Assembly: GCA_964389655.1 (NCBI GenBank)
Contig: CAYMED010000014.1
Span: forward strand, 1-64,000
DNA length: 64,000 nucleotides
Reading direction: 5' to 3'
DNA from: an uncultured Candidatus Poseidoniales archaeon
GTDB lineage: Archaea > Thermoplasmatota > Poseidoniia > Poseidoniales > CAYMED01
The notes beneath the pieces are model-generated. The model worked only from the letters and a program-made list of their open reading frames with translations, did no database searches and was not told the origin of the DNA. Below, one piece after another: positions 1 through 10,652 of this stretch. A program made the translations under genes and the position numbers. Position 1 is the first letter of the stretch. Every line of letters starts with the position of its first letter.

Positions 1-36
1 AGGGGGGGGTGGGGGTGGGGGAGGAGAAGCCATCAT
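1..36 (-). CDS. 5' end of a gene running off the window; N-terminus MMASPPPPPPPP
   Basis: Reverse complement of 1-36 reads ATG ATG GCT TCT followed by eight Pro codons with no stop before the edge; same strand as and downstream of the MMPL gene. Confidence 0.5.
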   Translation of the reverse strand, partial: MMASPPPPPPPP

Positions 37-146
37 CGTAGTGAACAAAAGTTCGAGGGCATTCGAGGCTGGTCGGGGGGGCATAGACAATGTCAACACG
101 GGGGAACAGATAACCATAGCGCCGATATTGGATCCAATAATTTGCG

Positions 147-3100
147 CTATTCATCTTCTTTCAGGCCATTAGAGGCAATCAACTGGCCACTCATCCCTAA
201 TGCCGCAGTTGTAACAATCATCGAAGCAATCAGCGAAAAACTGATCATAAGGGCAGAAAGGAGACCAAAAGTCGAAAAGAATCCCATTGAAGATAAACTG
301 ATGATTAAAAATCCTAGAATATCTGAGGCCGCCGAGCCTACAAGTGCAAGCCCGCACGCTGAACCTAAAGTCGAAATTCCCGAATCAACGCTTTCTCCCT
401 TACTTCTCTCTTCCCGGAAGCGCTCAGTAACATGAATACAATAGTCAATTCCAACACCCAATGAAATGGCAGATATTGCAACAGTAACTGCATTCAAGGA
501 TAAACCAAGCAAGTGTATCATCCCATACAACCAAATAACTGCCATTAATGTTGGACCGGTTGTGATAATCGCTTGGATAAATGAGCGAAAGCCAACCATT
601 AGCACAAGGAAACAGAATAGACTTCCCCAAAGCAATGCACTCTGTAATTCATTTTGCATTGAATCTGCTGCAACAAATCGAGTAACTGGTTTGTCTGTCG
701 GAATCACCCACGTCACGGGATAAAAATCACTAAATGAATGGGGATCTGCTCTCTGATGAGGATCTCCAGAGGACAAGTTGTGGAGGGGGGAAAGGTCAAT
801 TTCAAGTTCTGAAAGTGCTTTAGAAGTACCCGGAAAGTCTTCTGGCTGACGAAGCCCAAAACGCATTGCTGTACGGAGATATGTAGGTGTCTTTCCATCC
901 ATTGTTTGCTGTGGTTTTGATGGATTAAGAGGCTCTTCTGGTGCAATATATTCTCGAGCAATATCGGGCGTTATTTCGGGATAAATTGTTGTTCGTGGGA
1001 TTCCATACATATTTGCAACCCCATAAATGAAAGAAAGGCATCCTGAATCTTCAAGGTCAAGTGAATCATAGGTCAAAAAACCACCAATCCGGTTCGTTCG
1101 GCAACCCACACCATTGTCTGGAAGAGTTGGGTTCCAGCCATACGGCTCAAACATCGATTGATTCTCAAAATGGGCTGTTCGCATTGCAAGTGTAAGGAGA
1201 TAAATCGATCGAACATCTGCGAGACCATTTGGCAGCCGGGTCAATTTGTTGGGATCATTCGGGCTCTGATGATTCATATTTATCGTAACTTCCTCAATCG
1301 CAGATACAAGAGCAGGGTCAGTGATGTTTCCTTCGATTAGAATTGCTGCGGGTTCACCCTCTTCTGGAAAACGTTGATTGACAATCTGAACGGCGTATCC
1401 AAAATCAGATTCACCATCCATGAAATCCTCTATTCTAAAATCTCCTTCAAGACGAGACATCGCAATGGCCGAAGGAATCGTGATAATTAGCGCAACTAGA
1501 ATAACAACATAGCGGTGGCGAAAAGATCGAAGGGCTACATTAGATAGAACTGATACAGGGATGAGATGTATGATTTCCCCCTCAGGGTATTCAATACCCT
1601 GCTTTTCGAGATGCAAGTCATGGCTTAATCTAAGCAAAGGGACCCATACGCCAGTCATTAGCCAAGCAGATAATACACCAATTGCCGCCTCGATCCCAAA
1701 CGACCGAAGGGCGGGTATACTAGACCATAAATTGGCGCTAAATGCTGCCATTGTGGTGAGTGAGGTGAGCATGATTGCACGTCCAACACGATGTATTGAA
1801 GTCTGTGCAGCATCCTTGCTAGATGCACCAGAACGGCGTTCCTCTTTGTAGCGATGCAGGGCGTGTAAAGAGTCGTCAATCCCTAATGCAAGAATAAGTA
1901 TGGGAAGAAGATATGAAAACTGAGATCTATGAATTAATTGAATGCCTGCAGACCTTGAAATTAGATCAACTAGGCTGATTAAACCCTGCATCCAAATCAG
2001 GGAAAAGAAGAGTGATAAGCCAACTAAAGCTACATCAGAGATTCTGCGTAAAGAAAACCACAATAATACTGAAATGCCAACGATCATCAAAAATATCAGC
2101 GCGATTGATGATTGCAATTCACGATTAACTTCAACCTGAAGGGCCGTGTTGATTGTGAGGGTAACTACACGTGAATCTGTTGTTCGTAACTGCTGTTCCA
2201 AGGAGGCCATTGCCCATTCCCAGGAACAAGGTGCTTCACCTAATTCTGCTGCTTTTGAGCATGATTCATTTGAAATCCATTCTGGTGGGTCGACTACAAG
2301 GCCGCTTGAAGTTAGCCTGTAGCCCCCAATATGTAATCCAAGTTCGGACCAATATATTCGTGATGGTTGGCGTGCATCTGACCATTGAAATGTCCAACCC
2401 GAATCTTCAATTTTCTTCCGATCAAATTGAATTAATAGCCACGATGAAGATGCACTCCAGCGCCCTGGCGCCCAAGTTGCGTTGATGAACGTACCCTGCT
2501 CATCCTGATATCCGCCTACTGGGCCAATCACAGGACTTAGAGGATCATGAACAAAAGTTCGATCAGAAGATAGCATCCGAAGAAAAGTGCTTGGTGTAGC
2601 ATTTACAATTCGGTGAACTGCGAGGTCAATGTGTGATTGTGTAAGATTTTCATCATTAAATTTGAGGCAGGAAAGTGCGCCACAATCGGTCCAATTTGTT
2701 GGGGGTTTCGTGGTTCTTCCTAAAAAGTCAGTACCTGGCTTAGTCAAATAAGAGGAATTTGACATAAAAATATCTAAAATATCTGATAAACTTGTTACTC
2801 CATCTGTTACTGTACCAGTTACTGTGGATGAAAATGAAGAGCGAAGGCCTTCTACATCAGATGAACGAAGAAGAGATGTTTTGCGGGATATTTCCCTCAA
2901 TGTGGATATATTAAGAACACCACCCGGTATTATCTCGGCGCCTTTTCCATCACCGAAATAATTGGCGATACTATCGGCAGGGGGTAAACGCTCACCCAAT
3001 ACAGATCCTTGGGGGGAGGTCCGGTCTGATTCTAGAAAGTCACTTGAAAGGGAAGATGGTTCTCTTACTGTTGTCAAAAAACCAACAAACAAATTTGATG

Positions 3101-3290
3101 CTTGGAAATCATCACGTAATACTTCTTCTGCAAGGAGTTCTGGGGATTCAAAACTGTAATTTTCAATGTCAAATGGCTGTAGGGCCCTCAGTGCTCCTGG
3201 AATTAAAAGGATCGTAAGGATAATTACGGCTAGGTGAATTTTCCGACGATGGTTGATTAGGGCCATTGGCAGTCGGTTGATTTCCACCAT
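147..3290 (-). CDS. MMPL/RND-superfamily membrane transporter
   Basis: 1047 aa; two repeats of (TM + large external loop + 5 TM); TM4/TM10-type motifs LGIDDSLH and GVGIDYCIH, each followed by RY/RF-x-EE. Confidence 0.9.
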   Translation of the reverse strand: MVEINRLPMALINHRRKIHLAVIILTILLIPGALRALQPFDIENYSFESPELLAEEVLRDDFQASNLFVGFLTTVREPSSLSSDFLESDRTSPQGSVLGERLPPADSIANYFGDGKGAEIIPGGVLNISTLREISRKTSLLRSSDVEGLRSSFSSTVTGTVTDGVTSLSDILDIFMSNSSYLTKPGTDFLGRTTKPPTNWTDCGALSCLKFNDENLTQSHIDLAVHRIVNATPSTFLRMLSSDRTFVHDPLSPVIGPVGGYQDEQGTFINATWAPGRWSASSSWLLIQFDRKKIEDSGWTFQWSDARQPSRIYWSELGLHIGGYRLTSSGLVVDPPEWISNESCSKAAELGEAPCSWEWAMASLEQQLRTTDSRVVTLTINTALQVEVNRELQSSIALIFLMIVGISVLLWFSLRRISDVALVGLSLFFSLIWMQGLISLVDLISRSAGIQLIHRSQFSYLLPILILALGIDDSLHALHRYKEERRSGASSKDAAQTSIHRVGRAIMLTSLTTMAAFSANLWSSIPALRSFGIEAAIGVLSAWLMTGVWVPLLRLSHDLHLEKQGIEYPEGEIIHLIPVSVLSNVALRSFRHRYVVILVALIITIPSAIAMSRLEGDFRIEDFMDGESDFGYAVQIVNQRFPEEGEPAAILIEGNITDPALVSAIEEVTINMNHQSPNDPNKLTRLPNGLADVRSIYLLTLAMRTAHFENQSMFEPYGWNPTLPDNGVGCRTNRIGGFLTYDSLDLEDSGCLSFIYGVANMYGIPRTTIYPEITPDIAREYIAPEEPLNPSKPQQTMDGKTPTYLRTAMRFGLRQPEDFPGTSKALSELEIDLSPLHNLSSGDPHQRADPHSFSDFYPVTWVIPTDKPVTRFVAADSMQNELQSALLWGSLFCFLVLMVGFRSFIQAIITTGPTLMAVIWLYGMIHLLGLSLNAVTVAISAISLGVGIDYCIHVTERFREERSKGESVDSGISTLGSACGLALVGSAASDILGFLIISLSSMGFFSTFGLLSALMISFSLIASMIVTTAALGMSGQLIASNGLKEDE

Positions 3291-3397
3291 AGGGGCTCAC
3301 ACTAGGGAGAGGGACGCCCCTTGATCAAGCAGACGTCAAGATGCAATATGACGGAAGGATGCATAGATATCAAGTCAGATCTTGTCGTCGGAAATGC

Positions 3398-4516
3398 ATG
3401 GAGGATAGTGATGCACCACCAAGCATTGCAATTTCACTAGAAAATAAGCCGGATAAAGCCGAAACGGTTCACCCAATGCTTACAGGTGATACCACAAATT
3501 TGGGGCCGGGAATTTTTGTTGGAGAAGGAATGAGTTCGGAAGAGGGGTTTGCTTGGAATTCGTTCATCAAAGGATTTGTTGGGGCGCTTCTCTTTAGTGG
3601 GGTTTGGATCGGGTTGGCTATGGGTGTTGAGAGTATTCGTCCCGATTGGGGTGGTGATATTGAAGAAACATACATGCTTAATGATGTATATGAAGGAGGA
3701 ATCGTATCATTCAATACAACAGTAAAACCGGATTTATGTGATTTTAGTATTCACATCTACAATAATACATCATGGGATCAACTAAACCGCATCTCCACAA
3801 ATTGTTATGATGGAGACGAGAGTGATGAAAACAAACTCCGTGATTATTCAGAAAAAAGTGAAGTATTGGGTATTGGAGATGGGGTTAACAAGAATTTTAG
3901 TACCACAATTAACCACCCATTGAGCCATCTTGACCTTTGTAGTTTCTCCATCGAATTTGACACAAATTCAGGAAATTGGGAACGGTATAGGCAATTTGAA
4001 GGACGTGTTGACGATGAAACTGGAAGTTGTGAAAATCGTGAGAAGAGTTCATATGAGTTGGTACACCGGGATTGGTCAAAAAACCCCCCTGAAATAACCA
4101 AAATCGGAACTGTTGCTGCTAATGGTGAAACAGCAACTGTTGAAATCACATATGGAAATGATGCACCTCCTGATAATCTGGAATTACGGATTAAGTGGGT
4201 ATTAAATGAAGACCACAATGTTGTTGGAAGTGTTATTGAAAAGGAAGTTAGTTTCTCTTTTGAGAATTCGGGATCAAGTGATATTCGAATTGATGTTAGA
4301 TATCAAGAATATGATTCGGAGAAGGATATGAGGCATGATACTGCTGACCTTTTCCAAGTGGGGTTGGCCTTATGCAATCCCTGTTTTGTTTTCCCAGGCG
4401 TCATGATTGTTTTGGCTCTAAAGAAAAATGGGGCAGCCGTATTGGGGACCCTTTCTGGGGGGTTGATGTCCATTGGCGGGCTTTGTGCAGCATTGATCAT
4501 TGGAATTGGGCTCTGA
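3398..4516 (+). CDS. Hypothetical membrane protein with an internally duplicated extracellular region
   Basis: One N-terminal TM and two C-terminal TMs; repeats DLCDFSI/DLCSFSI; start moved to ATG 3398 (MEDSDAPP). Confidence 0.75.
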   Translation: MEDSDAPPSIAISLENKPDKAETVHPMLTGDTTNLGPGIFVGEGMSSEEGFAWNSFIKGFVGALLFSGVWIGLAMGVESIRPDWGGDIEETYMLNDVYEGGIVSFNTTVKPDLCDFSIHIYNNTSWDQLNRISTNCYDGDESDENKLRDYSEKSEVLGIGDGVNKNFSTTINHPLSHLDLCSFSIEFDTNSGNWERYRQFEGRVDDETGSCENREKSSYELVHRDWSKNPPEITKIGTVAANGETATVEITYGNDAPPDNLELRIKWVLNEDHNVVGSVIEKEVSFSFENSGSSDIRIDVRYQEYDSEKDMRHDTADLFQVGLALCNPCFVFPGVMIVLALKKNGAAVLGTLSGGLMSIGGLCAALIIGIGL

Positions 4517-4553
4517 CCGGTAGGGTCAATGAGGCACCCCACTTTCGGAAGAT

Positions 4554-5660
4554 ATGGACCGCAGAGAAGCGGGTGCGCTTGAGATTGCAGGCGCTAAAGT
4601 TGAACCAGGGACAAGAAAACGGACTTGGATTGAACTTGGTGAGGACCCTCTTGGAGAGGCTTTTCGAATTCCAGTACACCTGATCAATGGTCGGTTTGAG
4701 GGGCCAAAATTGGCAATTGTTGCTGCGATCCATGGAGACGAGCTCAATGGAATTGCAATTGTTCATCAATTATTGATGGGTCATGATTTAATTGAAGGAA
4801 ATAAGGATGATCCTTTTGATATTGAAGAATTGGCTGGATCGCTAATCGTTGTGCCGGTTGCAAACGTTGAAGGTGTGCGAAGAAGAACGCGTCAGGCTAG
4901 TGATGGAAGAGATTTGAATCGATTATTTCCTGGACGCTCAAAAGGAACGTCAAGTGCTCGTATTGCTCACGCTATTTTTGAATCACTTATTGCTCCAGCA
5001 GACGCACTTGTTGATTTACATACAGCGCCAATGACTCGCACGAATGTATCTCATGTTAGAACAAATTTAGATGATGGACCATCCACCCGCCTTGCAAGGT
5101 CATTTGGTACACAAATGATTCTGCATTCAAAGGGTGCTAAGGGTACATTGCGGAGGGCTGCGGCTGAAAATGGAACCCCTTCCATCTTATTTGAGGGAGG
5201 AACAAGCCATCGATTTGAACCTGAAGTTGTGCGTATCGGCGTTCGTGGTTTACTGGGGGTTATGGCATCATTAGATATGATTGAAGAAAGAAGTTCAATC
5301 GCTTGGCCACGTATTCTAGTTCGAAGATCAAGGTGGGTGCGGGCAGAAAATGGCGGGCTCATACACCTGCGCGTGGATGCAGGGTCTGTGATAGAAGCAG
5401 GGGCATTGATTGCAACAATTACAAATCCATTTGGGGGTGATCAACGGGCGGTTTATTCGCCAATTGATGGGATGGTCATAGGACTAGCAACCGCCCCTCT
5501 TGTCCATCCTGGTGACCCCGTCGCCAATATAGTCATGCTTGATGACACACAACGCAACACATTGCAAGCGATTGGAGTAGAAGGAAGTGTCGAAACAAAT
5601 TTAGGCACCGAATTTGAAGTAATTGATAATGATGGGATTGGATTAGATGATGAAAATTGA
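4554..5660 (+). CDS. Succinylglutamate desuccinylase/aspartoacylase family (M14-like) hydrolase
   Basis: HGDE, DLNRLFPG, VDLHT and E-G motifs; C-terminal biotinyl/lipoyl-like barrel. Confidence 0.9.
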   Translation: MDRREAGALEIAGAKVEPGTRKRTWIELGEDPLGEAFRIPVHLINGRFEGPKLAIVAAIHGDELNGIAIVHQLLMGHDLIEGNKDDPFDIEELAGSLIVVPVANVEGVRRRTRQASDGRDLNRLFPGRSKGTSSARIAHAIFESLIAPADALVDLHTAPMTRTNVSHVRTNLDDGPSTRLARSFGTQMILHSKGAKGTLRRAAAENGTPSILFEGGTSHRFEPEVVRIGVRGLLGVMASLDMIEERSSIAWPRILVRRSRWVRAENGGLIHLRVDAGSVIEAGALIATITNPFGGDQRAVYSPIDGMVIGLATAPLVHPGDPVANIVMLDDTQRNTLQAIGVEGSVETNLGTEFEVIDNDGIGLDDEN

Positions 5661-5662
5661 TA

Positions 5663-6292
5663 CTAGAAAATAGTCGTAATTGATATCCAAATTCCAAAGG
5701 TTATCAGTACAACACCAAGCATTCTTGAGAGAGTTTTTTCGTGGCGCTTGAGGAGTTCAAATGCCGTTGTCCCAGTGAGGATAGAAGCGACGATGACATA
5801 CCATCCCGCATCGATAAAACATGCGACTGTTGAAAACAAGATTCTATTGTTCCAGGTTGTGTCTGCCCCTATGAGGGGTGCAAATAGGGCTGTAAAAAAA
5901 ACAATTATTTTTGGATTGGTCCACGCGACCGCCATGCCTTCTAAAAAAGGGCCTCGGTCAATAATTCCCTCATGGGGAAAAGTGTGTTCATTGTCCTGTT
6001 TTGCTTGCAGGGAAATCATGCCCAAAAAAATTAGAAAAAATGAACCTATAATGCGTATAATCTCTATCGCTGTGGGCATTGCAATAAGTGCGATACCTAT
6101 GCTTGAAATAGCCAAGAGTGCAAGAAGGCCAACACCAATTCCATGCCCTATTGAACACGCAATCCCAGCGGCACGCCCATCACCTAATGTTCTTCGAATG
6201 ACGACTGCAAGTGATGGGCCAGGGGACATTGCGCCCAATAAAAGAACAAGAGATACTTGAACAAGGCCAATTGACTCAGGGGAGGGCAACAA
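5663..6292 (-). CDS. LysE/RhtB family amino-acid exporter
   Basis: SPGP and NPK motifs; six hydrophobic segments; 209 aa. Confidence 0.92.
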   Translation of the reverse strand: MLPSPESIGLVQVSLVLLLGAMSPGPSLAVVIRRTLGDGRAAGIACSIGHGIGVGLLALLAISSIGIALIAMPTAIEIIRIIGSFFLIFLGMISLQAKQDNEHTFPHEGIIDRGPFLEGMAVAWTNPKIIVFFTALFAPLIGADTTWNNRILFSTVACFIDAGWYVIVASILTGTTAFELLKRHEKTLSRMLGVVLITFGIWISITTIF

Positions 6293-6320
6293 TGTTCACC
6301 TATCCACTCTTAGAATAAAT

Positions 6321-6680
6321 ATGGCGATGGGGCAGACCGCCGTCAAAGTGATATTGACGTGCGCAATAATTCTCGGAGTGAATGAGGTTTCAAAAAAGGA
6401 TGTTCTTTTCTCCGCAATTCTTGTTTCCATTCCACTTATTTCAGTACTCTCAATGATGTGGATGCATCATGATGGAACTGAAACAAAAAAAATCGCTCAA
6501 TTCGGGAGGGATGTGTTTTGGCTTGTCTTACCATCACTCCTTCTATTCATCGTAATGCCATTAATGATTGATCGGGGGATCGGGTTTTGGACTAGCTTGG
6601 GAACGGGGATATTCATTACTGCATGTGCCTATTTAGTCATAATTTACATGTTAGGAGAGACTGGGATAAGTAATCAATAG
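6321..6680 (+). CDS. DUF3147-like small membrane protein
   Basis: 119 aa, four TMs, S-I-P-L-x-S and FWLVLPSL patterns. Confidence 0.75.
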   Translation: MAMGQTAVKVILTCAIILGVNEVSKKDVLFSAILVSIPLISVLSMMWMHHDGTETKKIAQFGRDVFWLVLPSLLLFIVMPLMIDRGIGFWTSLGTGIFITACAYLVIIYMLGETGISNQ

Positions 6681-6734
6681 GGGCGGCAGCATCAAACGGG
6701 CCTGCCTAATCGGGCGGCTGGATAGGGTTGCATT

Positions 6735-7946
6735 ATGGATGAATGGAATTCCGTAGACTTGGGAAATCCTACTGAAGAACACACGATGTTGAGGGAATTA
6801 GTTAGGGAATGGGCAAAAGATCAACTAGAACACGATGCACTTGAGTATGATCGAAAGGAAATTTGGAACATAGATGCATTTCGAGAACTAGGAGAGATGG
6901 GATTACTAGGGCTAACTGCGCCAACCCAATACGGAGGAACGGGTCTTGATGCAACTGCTGCTGCAATCGTTCATGAAGAATTGGCAGCAATAGACCCTGG
7001 ATTTGCACTTGCTTATCTTGCACATTCAATGCTTTTTGTGAATAACCTTGCCCAAAATGGAAATAAAGAGCAGAAGGAAAGAATCCTTCCAAAAGTCTGT
7101 TCTGGAGAATGGGTGGGTTGTATGGCAATGTCTGAACCGGATTATGGAACAGATGTGCTCGGGATGGAAACGCGGGCACATCAGAATGAAAATGGAGATT
7201 GGGTCATAAATGGGCGGAAGATGTGGATTACAAATGGGGCCATAGATGATGACAAAACTCCCGCCGATATTGTCTGGATTTACGCGTGCACCGGAATTGA
7301 TTCGAATGGAAGAAAACAATTGTCTACATTTTTAGTTGAAGTGAAAGATCCCGGATATTATGTGGGCCAAAAAATCTATGATAAAACGGGGATGAGGGCG
7401 TCAAATACCGCTGAATTAGTATTTGATAATTGTATTGTTCCCTCCACATCATTAGTTGGAAAGATTGGAGAAAGCATGCACCACATGATGAGAAATTTAG
7501 AAATTGAAAGATTATCCTTGGCTGCGATGGGGGTTGGAATTTCACGCAAGTCTCTTGAAATCATGAACAAATATGCGAGTGAGCGTGTCGCATTTGGGAA
7601 AAATATTCGAGAATTTGGACAAATTCAACGACACATTGCAGAGTCTTGGGCCGAATATCGTGCTGCAAGGGCCTACTTATACGATACGGCTCGAGCACTC
7701 GATCTCAATTCAGCCGGACAACGACTTGATTCAGATGGAGTAAAATTATTCATCACTACACGTGCAAAAGAAATCGCTGATCGAGCGATACAAGTACTAG
7801 GTGGGTATGGATATGTTGGAGAATATGTCGTTGAACGTTTATGGAGGGATGCAAAGTTACTCGAGATCGGAGGAGGAACATTAGAGAGCCATCATCGAAA
7901 TGTTGTGAGAGATTTGCTAAAAGACCCCGAGGCAATATTGCGATAA
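6735..7946 (+). CDS. Acyl-CoA dehydrogenase (isovaleryl-CoA dehydrogenase-like)
   Basis: MAMSEPDYGTD, NGRKMWITN, KTGMRAS, R-x-AFG and GGYGY...WRDAKLLEIGGGT motifs. Confidence 0.95.
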   Translation: MDEWNSVDLGNPTEEHTMLRELVREWAKDQLEHDALEYDRKEIWNIDAFRELGEMGLLGLTAPTQYGGTGLDATAAAIVHEELAAIDPGFALAYLAHSMLFVNNLAQNGNKEQKERILPKVCSGEWVGCMAMSEPDYGTDVLGMETRAHQNENGDWVINGRKMWITNGAIDDDKTPADIVWIYACTGIDSNGRKQLSTFLVEVKDPGYYVGQKIYDKTGMRASNTAELVFDNCIVPSTSLVGKIGESMHHMMRNLEIERLSLAAMGVGISRKSLEIMNKYASERVAFGKNIREFGQIQRHIAESWAEYRAARAYLYDTARALDLNSAGQRLDSDGVKLFITTRAKEIADRAIQVLGGYGYVGEYVVERLWRDAKLLEIGGGTLESHHRNVVRDLLKDPEAILR

Positions 7947-7959
7947 TCGATGCAACGAA

Positions 7960-8709
7960 GTGCCGCATCAACTAGCCAACATCATGGTGGACTATTGGAC
8001 CAGTGTCGACTGGATCCAAGAATGGAGAAACCCGTTACTTAATTTTGTATTCATGATCATCACACAGTTTGGTCACGGAGCCATATTGGCGGCCATTGGG
8101 ATCCTTTTGTGGAAATATGTAGATCGTGATTTAGGGGGTCGATTTTTACTGATCCTGATCACTGTTGCAATTATGAGTGGATGGTTAAAATCAAGTTTTT
8201 CAGACCCTCGACCGCCATCAGAATTGTGGCTTAACCCTTGGGCAACCACACTAAGTAAAAGCGATTCTGGATGGGGGTTGCCATCTGGCCATTCAATGGC
8301 TGCTGTTGCGTGTTGGGGATTAGTTGCTATTTATACAAAAAAAACGTGGATGAAAAGATGCTCCCTTAGTCTATGCCTGTTAGTGCCGGTTTCACGCATT
8401 TGGTTGGGCGTTCATGACCCACAAGACGTGGTGGTTGGATCGATGGTTGGGGGAGGGATATTATTTGGATGGATTGGATTTTCTGAAACAACACTCGGGA
8501 AGGAAATATCTGTGGGGTCGTGGAAGTTGCATGGTTTGTTGGCAATTGCCGCAATTGGTGACATGGGAATTGTATGGTGGCTGACAGCTGAATGGAATGG
8601 TGTAAAACAGTTATTATTATGGGGGCCAGTATTAGTTTTCGTATCCATATTGCTTGCATATAACAAGGAGTTTGAACAACAAAACAGTAGTCACTTGGAT
8701 GAAGAATAA
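7960..8709 (+). CDS. PAP2-family membrane lipid phosphatase
   Basis: C1 K-x6-RP (KSSFSDPRP), C2 PSGH, C3 SRIWLGVH-x3-D. Confidence 0.93.
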   Translation: MPHQLANIMVDYWTSVDWIQEWRNPLLNFVFMIITQFGHGAILAAIGILLWKYVDRDLGGRFLLILITVAIMSGWLKSSFSDPRPPSELWLNPWATTLSKSDSGWGLPSGHSMAAVACWGLVAIYTKKTWMKRCSLSLCLLVPVSRIWLGVHDPQDVVVGSMVGGGILFGWIGFSETTLGKEISVGSWKLHGLLAIAAIGDMGIVWWLTAEWNGVKQLLLWGPVLVFVSILLAYNKEFEQQNSSHLDEE

Positions 8710-8810
8710 AGGAAATTTGTTATTGTTCATTTAATCCATTACGGTTTCAACTTAGTTCTAATACTCACACTGATTCGCGCTATTTAGCAAGTATCTGAAA
8801 GTAGGGGATA

Positions 8811-9680
8811 ATGATGATCAAAATCAAGCAAATGACCTACGAAGAGATGGATGAGAAATTAATCGCATCTTGTAAAATAAGCGGTTGGGAGGCAATTGTT
8901 GATTCAAAGGGTCTACACCTTGATGGTGATGGTGGGCGGATATTTCCAATTGAGGAGTTATTGCAATTGCGTTCTGTAGCAATGGGTGGGTGGGGGTCAA
9001 ACACCCGTATTTTAGTGGAGACTGAAAGAGATTCCGATGACCTTGGGGTCATAGGTAAAGAGGCAGTCCTATTAGAAGTCATGGAGAAACTCGCATCCCG
9101 CTTAGAAATCAGGCTTCAGGAGCATACTGGGCGATCTGTAGAAGCGGATGAGCATGGGTTGAATGTTTTAGAACAAGTTCAAACATATCCGGAACGGTGG
9201 CCGCAAATCGAGAGGAAAAACACAGGAATTGTTCAATTTAGGAGAATTGGTCGTCTTGTCAATTTTGATATCCCAAGTCGGGCCCCTGCCGCCTCACAAG
9301 CCTTTTTTTGGATATTAGTTGGGTTATCTTCAGTCATAGGGCTATCTACAATTGAATCCATGATCTATTGGCTGATCCCACCTTTTGTTGCCCTAGTTAT
9401 TTTGATCGGGGTAGATTTTGCCACAGGATGGTTCCGCGGTGTTCATCGTGTAACTCTTCGAAAAGATGGAGTATCTATTGCACCCCGATTTATGAGCCTC
9501 TTTTGGCTGCCCGCAAAAACTTGGTTAATGACAGAATTCAGAGATCTAGATGTTACAGAGGAAGGCCGCTTGACATTATTGTTGGGAGACAGGAGATTAT
9601 TCTGTGATATGAGTGATGCTGAAAGCCGGTGGGTTATGGCTGAAATCGTCAACACGTTGCAAGATCTGAGTGCAGAATAA
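8811..9680 (+). CDS. Hypothetical membrane protein
   Basis: 289 aa ORF with a central two-TM hairpin; no recognised motif. Confidence 0.65.
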   Translation: MMIKIKQMTYEEMDEKLIASCKISGWEAIVDSKGLHLDGDGGRIFPIEELLQLRSVAMGGWGSNTRILVETERDSDDLGVIGKEAVLLEVMEKLASRLEIRLQEHTGRSVEADEHGLNVLEQVQTYPERWPQIERKNTGIVQFRRIGRLVNFDIPSRAPAASQAFFWILVGLSSVIGLSTIESMIYWLIPPFVALVILIGVDFATGWFRGVHRVTLRKDGVSIAPRFMSLFWLPAKTWLMTEFRDLDVTEEGRLTLLLGDRRLFCDMSDAESRWVMAEIVNTLQDLSAE

Positions 9681-9933
9681 GCATCATCGCAATGAGCATA
9701 GACCGAAAGCCTCTGTTTCGGATGAAGGAAGTGTTGAATATTGGTTCACGGATGCTGTTTTGCCAGAGGGTGAGGGTTTTGGACCACATACACACATGGT
9801 AAGTATGCTTGTCGAAACAAAGCAATATGAAGAACGAATGGTTGGATTTTTTGATGAGGCATCTGATGTTAACAGAAATACCTCGTCAAAAGAACAAACA
9901 ACATGGGTGTTATCGCATAAAATGTGGCAATAA
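9670..9933 (+). pseudogene. Small ORF, possibly a C-terminal remnant of an alpha/beta hydrolase
   Basis: Fills a 243-nt gap; VEYW...H...Y-EERMVGFFDEA resembles the end of a hydrolase; no nucleophile motif upstream. Confidence 0.3.
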
Positions 9934-10652
9934 GTGCGAGCGCATTAAAGCGCGGTTATGGGAAAGTTCGCGTTCTTGAAGACCTTGATATGTCGGTTGA
10001 ATCGGGAATTATTTACGGTTTACTTGGCCCATCCGGCTGCGGGAAGACGACATTGCTCAACGTCATTCTAGGTTTCCTCATTCCAGAATCCGGAAAAATG
10101 CTGGTTTTGGGTGATCCACCTGGGACGCCGACTTCGAAAGTACCTGGATCTGCAGTGGGTTATTCTCCTCAAGAATTGGCACTTTATCTTGACCTTAGTA
10201 TCCATGAGACTTTGCTGTTCCATGGCCGTTTACATGGAATGGAAAATGAAGACATACTGAAGCGAGAAAAATGGTTGATTGACTTTCTTGATTTACCAGA
10301 ACCTGAAAGACAAGTGGGTAAATTATCTGGAGGACAAAAACGGAGGGTTTCTCTTTCAGTAGCACTTCTTCATGAACCCGAATTGTTACTTCTTGATGAA
10401 CCAACAGTTGGAGTAGATCCTGAGTTAAGAGCAAGGATATGGGGTCATTTGAAGGAAGTCGCATCCAATGGTACGACTATTGTTTTGACAACCCACTACA
10501 TCGATGAGGCAAGTAAGGCAGATATGGTTGGTCTGATGCGAGATGGCCGCCTCTTAGCTGAAGCCCCACCAAAGGAACTGATGAAAGAACATCAGACCAC
10601 ATCTTTGGAAGAGGTTTTTTTGTCATTGTGCAAGCGGGAGGTGAAAGCATGA
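9924..10652 (+). CDS. ABC-2 type transporter ATP-binding subunit
   Basis: Walker A GPSGCGKT, signature LSGGQ, Walker B LLLLDEPT, H-loop TTH. Confidence 0.96.
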   Translation: MAISASALKRGYGKVRVLEDLDMSVESGIIYGLLGPSGCGKTTLLNVILGFLIPESGKMLVLGDPPGTPTSKVPGSAVGYSPQELALYLDLSIHETLLFHGRLHGMENEDILKREKWLIDFLDLPEPERQVGKLSGGQKRRVSLSVALLHEPELLLLDEPTVGVDPELRARIWGHLKEVASNGTTIVLTTHYIDEASKADMVGLMRDGRLLAEAPPKELMKEHQTTSLEEVFLSLCKREVKA

